From the sequence record MW349128.1: a DNA stretch of 64,000 nucleotides. One strand, 5' to 3'. Under the pieces are notes generated by a model. That model worked only from the letters and a program-made list of their open reading frames with translations. It was not told the origin of the DNA and did no database searches. Within the stretch, counting starts at the first letter, position 1, and every line of letters begins with the position of its first letter. The position numbers were made by a program, and so were the translations under genes. Below are positions 6,674 through 14,858 of this stretch, in pieces. Source of the DNA: Staphylococcus phage Machias.

Positions 6674-8878
6674 ATGCTAGGTAAAAAATTAAGAGAAAGT
6701 TTTAAAGAAAAATTAGGTAATGACTATACATTTAATATAGATAATGATAAAGATTATCAAATAAATGAAGACAAAGTAAAAGTAACTTATAAAGGAAAAA
6801 TATCTGAAGAATTTAAGATAAGAATGATTAAATATACTAAAAGCAAAGAATGGCTTGATAATTATTTTGAAAGCTGTTTAAGAATAATTGACTCAGGAGA
6901 AAATGAAAATAAAGTTAACGCTGAGAAATTTTTAAAAAATAAAGAAAGAACTAAGAGACTTGAATCTCCTATGGTAGAAAACGCTAATGAATCTTTAGAA
7001 CCTTATACATTTTTCTTAAATAGCTCTACTAAAATGAAAGATAAAGTTAGATATTTAAAGAATAAAAGTAAAGAAGAAAAATATTTATTCTTCTATAATG
7101 CTACAATAGCTAAATATGGACTATATTCTCCTTATGATGTATCTAATTTTAAACCGAATAGTATAAATACTAAACAAAATATAGTATGTGAAAAACATGG
7201 TAGCTTTAAAAGTTCAGTTAAAAATTTTCTTATGAATGATCTTGATGGTTGTCCAGGTTGTAAGAAAGATGGAGAAGTGGCAACTACTGAAGATATCTTT
7301 AATAATTTAAAAGATATAGATCCTGATTTATTTTTAGAATTGACTAAAGATTACACAGAAGATGAAAAAGATCATATTTATGATTTAGCTCTAAATAAAG
7401 CTAATAATACAAACTATGATTTTTCTAAATTTAGACCCATTAACGAAAAAGATATTCAACCAATTATATGTGAAAAACATGGTGAATTTAAAACATCTAT
7501 ACATGAAATGTTATTTGATAAAAAATTAGCTTGTCCTAAATGTGAAGAAGAAAAACTTAGTATAGATAAAGACTGGGAAAAGATTGTAGAAAATAATAAA
7601 AAGAAACGTGAAGAAGAAACTGAGAAATTACTTAAGGGTATAAAGAAAACACCAAAAGCTAAAAAGAATATGAAGAAAGAAAGTATAGAAAGAGAAATTT
7701 CTAATAATTTTAATATTGATCAAGTTAATAATGTTATTAAAAGTTCAAATAAAGAACAAAAAGAAATAATTCCAGAACCAATACCAAAAATAAAGAATAA
7801 GAGAAAATATTCAGTTCAAGAATTAAAAGAGTATAAACGTATAAAGTCACTTAATACTAAGATTAAAAATCTTAATAACTTTGATTATACTGAAGAAGAA
7901 AAGACTGAAGTATATCAAACACTTGCAAATATTAAACATGGTAAAGATAAATATAATATGAGTAAATTTAGACCTAGCGATAAATATGAAAAATCAATAG
8001 TAATATGTAAAGACCATGGTGAATTTAAAATAAATGCAAATGAATTAATAGAAAAAGGTATTAATTGTCCGTCATGTAGTAATGGAAAATCATCTATTGC
8101 TGAATCAAAAGTATCTGATGAAATGAAATATTTAGGTTTTGAAATAGAAAGACAGAATAGAGATTTGTTAGATGGTAAAGAAATTGATATACTCTCTGAA
8201 GAACATAAATTGGCTATTGAAGTTAATGGAGTTAAATATCATTCTAATGAAACTAAATCTGATATAAATGCTAAGTATCATCAACTTAAGAAATACAATG
8301 AACTTAAAGAAAAGGGATACCATCTTCTTAATTTATTTGATGATGATATTCGTAATGAAACTAAAAGAATTGATGGTAAGAATTATGCTAAATTCTTACA
8401 TCAATTGTTACTATTTAAAGATGATTATTCCGTATTAGACTATGGTGGTATAAAAATTAAATCTATGGGATTCTTTACATTTAAAGATTTCTTTGAAAAT
8501 CATTCAACAGAAGACTTTTATGGAAAAGATTCTGACTTCTTCGCTCTTTATTATAAAGGTTATATTATTTGTGCATTTTCTTTTAATAATAAGACTAATG
8601 TATCACATAATTTTATTTCACTTTTAAATACAGACGCAGATTTAATTAAAATTAAGAAGGTATTTCCAGGTTTAACTTTTAACGTAAAATCTGATTCATA
8701 TACATGTTATAAATTTGAAAAATTTGGAATGTATAAAGTAGGTAATGAATTACCTATTGAAAAGACTTTCTTAAAAGGTACAAGTAATGATAGCTATATA
8801 AGAAATAAGATTGATAAAAATAAAACTTATATAAATAAAGTATATGATACAGGTTCGACTAATTTTATATTTGAATGA
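6674..8878 (+). CDS. Putative endonuclease: three tandem Zn-ribbon modules (NYDFSKFRP...CEKHGEFK...CPxC) plus C-terminal Vsr/DUF559-like PD-(D/E)xK-type domain. Possible free-standing homing endonuclease
   Basis: Internal triplicated motif visible in translation. C-terminal GKEIDILSEEHKLAIEVNGVKYHS resembles the D...(I/V)E(V/I)DG..H core of Vsr-like nucleases. Sits next to the tRNA island. Confidence 0.4.
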   Translation: MLGKKLRESFKEKLGNDYTFNIDNDKDYQINEDKVKVTYKGKISEEFKIRMIKYTKSKEWLDNYFESCLRIIDSGENENKVNAEKFLKNKERTKRLESPMVENANESLEPYTFFLNSSTKMKDKVRYLKNKSKEEKYLFFYNATIAKYGLYSPYDVSNFKPNSINTKQNIVCEKHGSFKSSVKNFLMNDLDGCPGCKKDGEVATTEDIFNNLKDIDPDLFLELTKDYTEDEKDHIYDLALNKANNTNYDFSKFRPINEKDIQPIICEKHGEFKTSIHEMLFDKKLACPKCEEEKLSIDKDWEKIVENNKKKREEETEKLLKGIKKTPKAKKNMKKESIEREISNNFNIDQVNNVIKSSNKEQKEIIPEPIPKIKNKRKYSVQELKEYKRIKSLNTKIKNLNNFDYTEEEKTEVYQTLANIKHGKDKYNMSKFRPSDKYEKSIVICKDHGEFKINANELIEKGINCPSCSNGKSSIAESKVSDEMKYLGFEIERQNRDLLDGKEIDILSEEHKLAIEVNGVKYHSNETKSDINAKYHQLKKYNELKEKGYHLLNLFDDDIRNETKRIDGKNYAKFLHQLLLFKDDYSVLDYGGIKIKSMGFFTFKDFFENHSTEDFYGKDSDFFALYYKGYIICAFSFNNKTNVSHNFISLLNTDADLIKIKKVFPGLTFNVKSDSYTCYKFEKFGMYKVGNELPIEKTFLKGTSNDSYIRNKIDKNKTYINKVYDTGSTNFIFE

Positions 8879-8890
8879 TTAAAAATATAT

Positions 8891-8930
8891 CCCCTAACCT
8901 AAATTAATAGGTTAGGGGAATTTTATTATT
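8891..8930. terminator. Bidirectional terminator hairpin CCCCUAACCU-AAAUUAAU-AGGUUAGGGG between convergent genes
   Basis: 10-bp stem, A-run upstream, T-run downstream. Confidence 0.6.
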
Positions 8931-8935
8931 TTTTT

Positions 8936-9628
8936 TTATTGTATTATCTTATTTGGTTTAACTTCATTCTTCATCTTGATTTCAGTTTTAACTTTATCAA
9001 GAACTTCTGATTCATATAAAGAAGGATCTTCTTCATATTTCTTAGTCATTTTCTTAACTGCTTCTATTTTATTTTCTAAAGGAGCTTCTAACTCAATTTG
9101 ATTAAAAAGACCTTCAAAATTACCAAAAACAAATTCTTCATTTAATGGAATAAATAGATCACCATTATGAGCTAGTTCATGTGCAGTATATGATAATGGT
9201 ACAATACCTATATTACCTTCAAAATGCATTTTAATAACATCTTCAGCTACAGTAAAACTTTCATATGATTTTTTATATTCATAATTAGTTTTTAATTTTT
9301 CACGATAGCTAGAAACGATATCATACAATGATAGTGGATAGTGGTGCATCTCAATAGTAAGTTTTTTATCATCATTAATATCAACTTCTGGTATAAACTT
9401 ACATTTAGTTAGATCCATTTCAGTTTTCAAAGCTTTAATAAATGATTTGTATTCATATGAGCTTCTAATTATTTTTTCTACATATTTATTAAAAGTCTCT
9501 TCAGACTTGATTTCGTCTTCAGTATTGTACATATCAAATTTTTTAGTTTCATCTACATTTAACTCTATTGTTTCTATTAATTTTGGCAGGTCTTTTTTAT
9601 CTACTTTTGGCATTTGCATAGATTTCAT
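8936..9628 (-). CDS. Hypothetical protein (230 aa)
   Basis: ORF only. Confidence 0.45.
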   Translation of the reverse strand: MKSMQMPKVDKKDLPKLIETIELNVDETKKFDMYNTEDEIKSEETFNKYVEKIIRSSYEYKSFIKALKTEMDLTKCKFIPEVDINDDKKLTIEMHHYPLSLYDIVSSYREKLKTNYEYKKSYESFTVAEDVIKMHFEGNIGIVPLSYTAHELAHNGDLFIPLNEEFVFGNFEGLFNQIELEAPLENKIEAVKKMTKKYEEDPSLYESEVLDKVKTEIKMKNEVKPNKIIQ

Positions 9629-9725
9629 GACCTTCTTTCCGAATAATTTTGTTTACATTATTATAATAATATGTTACCATAATATTTTAAACTATATGAA
9701 TTTCATATTACCGTTTTATATCAAT

Positions 9726-9746
9726 TTTTAAATATATATTATAAAA
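9726..9746 (+). promoter_or_regulatory. Phage promoter motif TTTTAAATATATATTATAAAA
   Basis: Exact motif ~60 nt upstream of ORF 9807. Confidence 0.5.
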
Positions 9747-9806
9747 GTGAAGTACTAATTGGCTAATAGTATTTCATAAAAATTATACTAGGAGAGTGAA
9801 TCGGAT

Positions 9807-11879
9807 ATGAGTAGAATAATACTAAAGAAAAACAATTTGTCAGAAGGTAATATCAGTTTAAAGGAAGTTAAACGTTGGTTTAAGAAAGAAATAGATGTTA
9901 ATCAACCATCTAAAATGGTAAATGATAAAGATTATGTAAATAATGTAAATAATCTTTTTGATGGTGTTATTAACATTATGAAAGATAATAAAATAACAGA
10001 TACAATGTTTAGATTTATTTCTAATGATAATAATGAAGAATCTAGAAATATTTTTATCGTTTATTCAATTGATAGTATTCCTTTTGTTACTAGGGTATAC
10101 GGTCCAAAAATGAATATTAAAGATAAACACAGCGATGTAAATGTAGATGCATTATTAAAATTTGTCAAATCAAGTATAATTGACAATTTAATGATTTATA
10201 AATTTTATAAAACTGGAAATTTTAGTTTCCATAAAAAACTAAGCAGTTTTGGTAATTATGAAAGAAATACATTATACGATTTAATTGCTGAAATTAATAA
10301 AGATTCTATTATGACAGCGTATAAAGAATTAAGTGTAGACAATTTAGGTAGTTATTTAATCTCACTAAACAGTGAGGAACTATTAAATAAATCTTATGAC
10401 GCAATTAATTATTTTGATTTACTAATGGATGCTAACCTAAATGTTAGAAGTAAAGAAGGTAAATTAATTGAAAAGATTGAAAGAAATGATATATTTTCAC
10501 AGAGAACATATTCTGAAGTGTTTACATTTAGTCAACGCTCAGATTATTATTTCGCTAGCAATCCATTATTCAATATTCCAAAAGTAAGCGATGTAAGAGA
10601 TGATACTAGAGTAGATTTATTTATATGCACAAATGGAAAAGAACAAAAGATAAGAGATACAAGTATCTTAACTAGAGAAAATTTGTATTTCAATCCATTT
10701 AGACAACGTTTCTTATCAGTTAGTTATGACCATCCTATTAGAGAGACATTGATATATGATTTATTCTTAAGTTTCTTAGGTATAGAAAATATTGAAAATA
10801 CTTTAAAGAGATTTACTTTTGAACTTCTTCAAGGGGTTTATTCAGGAATATATTCTAAAGGTAATGTTAATGAATTCACATCAAAATCATATTTATTGAA
10901 TTCAGAAAATAAACGTGGTTATATTAAGAAGAAGAAAAATGAGTATCCATTAAAAATGAATATATTAGAAACATCAAGTACTAGCACTCATATAGTAGGT
11001 TATACTTTATTCAATAACTTCTTATTTGAATATATACAGTCAAGTAATCAAACTATAAAACTTGATGATTTCAATGTTATAAAATTAATGAAATTCATTA
11101 CTTTTGAAAATAATAACACTGATTTTAATGAAGATATTAAAGATGTCTTCACTTCAAGAAAAGATATATTTGATAGTAGTAAACGTATTAAAACATCTTC
11201 AACTAGATATACAAATCTAAAACTAAGTTTAGAATCTTCATTAAAGGCAATATTCAATGAAGATAAAAATTACGTTGATGCATTTACCAATCAATATCGA
11301 AATATAATTGAAGAAAAATATGCAATTTCTAAACCTGAAAAAGAAAGTATTATTGAAATTAATAATGAAGATGAATTAAAACAAGTACAGGAAGAAATTA
11401 AATCAAAAGAAACTACTTTAGAATATGTAAAAGAAACTAAAAATGATAACAAAGAGGAGAAATTAAATATGACATACCAAATTATTAAAGAAAATAAATT
11501 CACTAAGGATGTATCATTTAAATATGCAGGAGCTACACATAGAATTGATAAAATTCGTAAAGGTGATATTGAATTAGAAATTGCTAAACGTAAATTATTT
11601 ATCAACAAGTTAATTAATGATAATACTAAATTTGCTTTTGTAGATAGTGTAGAGTTCTCTGATAGTCACACTATTAAAGTTACTAATATTGATGGTGAAG
11701 TTCAATTTGTTAGTGATTATATTGATGTTCTTGAAGGAACAGATACTTTAGAAGATATCAGAATTAAAGTTACTAATAAAGATTTAGATAGTGATGAAGA
11801 TTTAGTAAATTTAATTGCTGGTGAGAAAACTGATATCAATTCTTTAGATGAAGAAGTTTTAGATTCATTTATGGTTTAA
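9807..11879 (+). CDS. Hypothetical protein (690 aa)
   Basis: ORF only. Confidence 0.5.
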   Translation: MSRIILKKNNLSEGNISLKEVKRWFKKEIDVNQPSKMVNDKDYVNNVNNLFDGVINIMKDNKITDTMFRFISNDNNEESRNIFIVYSIDSIPFVTRVYGPKMNIKDKHSDVNVDALLKFVKSSIIDNLMIYKFYKTGNFSFHKKLSSFGNYERNTLYDLIAEINKDSIMTAYKELSVDNLGSYLISLNSEELLNKSYDAINYFDLLMDANLNVRSKEGKLIEKIERNDIFSQRTYSEVFTFSQRSDYYFASNPLFNIPKVSDVRDDTRVDLFICTNGKEQKIRDTSILTRENLYFNPFRQRFLSVSYDHPIRETLIYDLFLSFLGIENIENTLKRFTFELLQGVYSGIYSKGNVNEFTSKSYLLNSENKRGYIKKKKNEYPLKMNILETSSTSTHIVGYTLFNNFLFEYIQSSNQTIKLDDFNVIKLMKFITFENNNTDFNEDIKDVFTSRKDIFDSSKRIKTSSTRYTNLKLSLESSLKAIFNEDKNYVDAFTNQYRNIIEEKYAISKPEKESIIEINNEDELKQVQEEIKSKETTLEYVKETKNDNKEEKLNMTYQIIKENKFTKDVSFKYAGATHRIDKIRKGDIELEIAKRKLFINKLINDNTKFAFVDSVEFSDSHTIKVTNIDGEVQFVSDYIDVLEGTDTLEDIRIKVTNKDLDSDEDLVNLIAGEKTDINSLDEEVLDSFMV

Positions 11880-11922
11880 TAAAATTAATAAATGATGAAA
11901 ACTTTTTAATTATATAAAGGAT

Positions 11923-11960
11923 GAAGAGAGATCTAATCTCTCTTCATTTATTTTTTTTTT
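11923..11960 (+). terminator. Rho-independent terminator GAAGAGAGAU-CUA-AUCUCUCUUC + T-run
   Basis: 10-bp perfect stem followed by T10. Confidence 0.6.
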
Positions 11961-11979
11961 ATAAATTCTAGGACGGTGT

Positions 11980-12591
11980 ATGAATTTGATAGACTTTAAG
12001 AAATATTTAAATGAAAATAGTGATAAAGTAACAATATATTGTGATGGTGCAATAAAAGGTGTTAAATCTAAAGGAACTAAATATGGTGGACTAGGTATAT
12101 ATTTACCTGAAGAAAATAGACCTTTTGAGTCTATGGGAATACCGGTAATGGATGAAAAATTAACTAATAACAATTTAGAAATACTATCATTTATATTTTC
12201 TGCTCTATTTGCTATAGAAACTTATAAGGGTGATAGAAAATTGAATATAAATATTAAAACTGATTCTAGATATGTTGTTGATGGTTTTAATGAATATCTC
12301 TTAAAATGGTCAGAAAATGGTTGGTTAACAAATACAGGAACTCCTATAAAAAATAAAGAATTATGGTTATTAGTGGATGATATAAAACATAATTTAGGAA
12401 TGAAGTTTAATATAAATTTATCATGGACAAAAGGACATAATAAATCAATTGATCAAGATTCAAAATATAATGAAATAGCTGATGAATATGCAAATAAAGG
12501 AAAATTACTTGCTTATGAAAATAATGATGAAGCTTATTCATATGATTATATTATAGAGAAAATAACTGAATTTGTTAATAATTTAAAATAA
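11980..12591 (+). CDS. Ribonuclease H (RNase HI family)
   Basis: IYCDGAIKG...GGLGIY, TNNNLEILSFIFSAL, TDSRYVVDGFNEYLLKWSENGWLT, WTKGH, NEIADEYA follow the RNase HI motif order (DGA..G, TNN.ELxA, DS.Y, W..KGH). Confidence 0.7.
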   Translation: MNLIDFKKYLNENSDKVTIYCDGAIKGVKSKGTKYGGLGIYLPEENRPFESMGIPVMDEKLTNNNLEILSFIFSALFAIETYKGDRKLNINIKTDSRYVVDGFNEYLLKWSENGWLTNTGTPIKNKELWLLVDDIKHNLGMKFNINLSWTKGHNKSIDQDSKYNEIADEYANKGKLLAYENNDEAYSYDYIIEKITEFVNNLK

Positions 12592-12600
12592 AAGGAGAAT

Positions 12601-13155
12601 ATGGATTTAATTATGACTACAAAAATAGATTTTAATGATAATGAATTTAATAATTTTTATGAAATTAGTAAATGGAACATATTATGTATGAAATACTGTA
12701 AAGAAGCTTCTGAGTTAAGTAAATGTGCAGCTAAAAAAGTTAGTGCAATTATTGCAGATAATTCTTCAATATATTCTATAGGAGTAAATGGATCATTTCC
12801 TGGTAAAGTTAATTGTAATGAAATATTTAAGAAAAAAGATAATATTTGGTATGAAATTAATGGAGATGAGTTAATAGAATGCAAAGATCAAGAATTACAT
12901 CATAAATGGTCATTACTTAATGAAGTTCATGCAGAAATAAATGCATTGACTAAGATGAGTAAAAAAGGAATATCTACAGAAGGACTTGATTTATATTGCA
13001 CACATTCACCATGTTACAATTGTGCTAAGAATATCATAGCTTCAGGAATAAAAACAGTTTACTTTAATGAACTCTATGATGATTATGAACCTGTTATGGA
13101 TTTATTAATAGAGAATAATGTTAATTTCATTAGAATTAAGGATGATGAACTGTAA
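12601..13155 (+). CDS. dCMP deaminase (cytidine/deoxycytidylate deaminase family)
   Basis: HAEINAL and SPCYNCAKNIIASGIKTVYF match the zinc-binding HAE...PCxxC signature. Fits a uracil-DNA phage making dUMP from dCMP. Confidence 0.75.
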   Translation: MDLIMTTKIDFNDNEFNNFYEISKWNILCMKYCKEASELSKCAAKKVSAIIADNSSIYSIGVNGSFPGKVNCNEIFKKKDNIWYEINGDELIECKDQELHHKWSLLNEVHAEINALTKMSKKGISTEGLDLYCTHSPCYNCAKNIIASGIKTVYFNELYDDYEPVMDLLIENNVNFIRIKDDEL

Positions 13156-13310
13156 TGATTTATATTGTAACGGTTTTCATAATAAGTTTATTATTATTTA
13201 TATTACCAACTCTTTTATATGATATTCCTAAAAAAGAATATAATGAAAAAATTAAAATTAGGAATAAAAGAAAAAGATTTAATAATTTAAGAAGAATAAA
13301 AAGGAAGTGA
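13155..13310 (+). CDS. Small hydrophobic protein (51 aa), start overlapping upstream stop (TAATG)
   Basis: ATG overlaps TAA of the deaminase gene. Product MIYIVTVFIISLLLFILPTLLYDIP... is one TM helix plus basic tail. Not in ORF track (below size cut-off). Confidence 0.3.
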   Translation: MIYIVTVFIISLLLFILPTLLYDIPKKEYNEKIKIRNKRKRFNNLRRIKRK

Positions 13311-13319
13311 AATGAATAA

Positions 13320-13790
13320 ATGTGGTTTTTAGTTACAGCTTTAATATTTATATGTGTACTTCTAGGTATATTCATAGGACATTATTATTATAAATATAAG
13401 CAAAGCTTAAAGAATATTAATCAACTTCAATATAAAGTAAAAGATATGGAAGACAAATTTGATGGTAAAAGTATCATTGATGATTTAGATTATTCTATTG
13501 ATAACTTCTTAAAACCTACTTATGATATAACAATAGAAGAAATATATCTAGATGTATATTTAGAAAATCCATCTATGAAATTTTCTAATGTAAGTATTAC
13601 GGAACAAAGAAAGAATACAATATTAGAAGATGTTTATAATAGATACATGAATTATATATCTGAAGATTTTAAGAAAAAACTCTATAAAGTTTATGACAAT
13701 GAAGAATTACCAAATATCATATTAGATATAATGTACTACAAATTAACACTATATGTAAAAGAAAGAAATGACTATCAAAAATCTATTTAA
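13320..13790 (+). CDS. Membrane protein (156 aa) with N-terminal TM helix
   Basis: MWFLVTALIFICVLLGIFIGHYYY hydrophobic segment. RBS AAGGAAGTGA upstream. Confidence 0.5.
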   Translation: MWFLVTALIFICVLLGIFIGHYYYKYKQSLKNINQLQYKVKDMEDKFDGKSIIDDLDYSIDNFLKPTYDITIEEIYLDVYLENPSMKFSNVSITEQRKNTILEDVYNRYMNYISEDFKKKLYKVYDNEELPNIILDIMYYKLTLYVKERNDYQKSI

Positions 13791-13799
13791 AAATATAAT

Positions 13800-13840
13800 C
13801 CCCAATACCTAAATTAATAGGTATTGGGGAAATTTTATTA
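13800..13840. terminator. Bidirectional terminator CCCCAAUACCU-AAAUUAAU-AGGUAUUGGGG
   Basis: 11-bp stem flanked by A-run and T-run, between convergent genes. Confidence 0.65.
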
Positions 13841-13849
13841 TTTTTTTTT

Positions 13850-14830
13850 TTATTCTTCGTTTAATTGAACTTTTCCTGATTTTGGTTTATTTTCATTATC
13901 TCTAACTCTAGGTTTTACACCATCACCAGATGGTTTAGTAGAACCATTCTCAGGATTTACTTTAGAAGATTGAGATGTATTAACTTTCAATGATCCATTT
14001 TTAATAGATTTTTGAACTTCTGACATATCAAATGTGCTTAATTTAGCTGTATGAACTAATTCCATAATAGTATAGTCTAAAACAGCTTCAGTTAACGCAT
14101 TCATATTAACTTCTTCAGCAGAAATTTCTTCTTTAAGATATTCTTCATTATTTACAATATCATTAATTGCCATTTCATGTAATGTACGGAAAAATGTTTT
14201 ACTTTGTTTTTTATGAGTATCAGCAATACCTTCATTTAATTTTTCACGTACTTCAACTAGTTCTGATTCTCTGATTACTGCAGATTCAATTTTCTTAGCA
14301 ACTACATTTACTAAGTAGTCAAATTCAGTACTACCTTTTTTATAAACTACTTTAGCTCCTTTAATTGAGTCTTTAGGATCAATAACTCCATGAGCATCTT
14401 TAGCATAAGCTGCAGCATTGAATTTTGCATTTTTAAATACTTCACTACCTTGATAATCAGCTAATTCAGCATCAATTGCTTCATTAAAGAAAACACGACT
14501 CTTACTTACAATATGGTCACGTAATTTACTTTTATCAGCAATTTTGTTAGGGAAAGTATTAAATACTAATGCTGAGAATAAAGTAGTCATGATAGTTTGA
14601 GTGTTTAATGATAATAAATCTCTATCATTTTTATTTTTAGCGTTATCTATAGCTCTTTTATTTGTAGCCTTGATTTGGTTATTTCTTCCTGAAATTAAAT
14701 CTTTTTCTTTCGAAACTTGTAATTCTTCATTAACCATATCGTTGTATTTCTTTTGTTCTAAAGCTTTATTAGCTTTTTTATTTAAGTCAGCTTGACTTTG
14801 ACGATATTTTGAGATGAATGGTTTAGACAT
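13850..14830 (-). CDS. Hypothetical protein (326 aa), possible virion/scaffold protein
   Basis: ORF only; charged, coiled-coil-like composition. Confidence 0.5.
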   Translation of the reverse strand: MSKPFISKYRQSQADLNKKANKALEQKKYNDMVNEELQVSKEKDLISGRNNQIKATNKRAIDNAKNKNDRDLLSLNTQTIMTTLFSALVFNTFPNKIADKSKLRDHIVSKSRVFFNEAIDAELADYQGSEVFKNAKFNAAAYAKDAHGVIDPKDSIKGAKVVYKKGSTEFDYLVNVVAKKIESAVIRESELVEVREKLNEGIADTHKKQSKTFFRTLHEMAINDIVNNEEYLKEEISAEEVNMNALTEAVLDYTIMELVHTAKLSTFDMSEVQKSIKNGSLKVNTSQSSKVNPENGSTKPSGDGVKPRVRDNENKPKSGKVQLNEE

Positions 14831-14858
14831 AAGTTTAAATTCTCCTTTTTATTTTATA

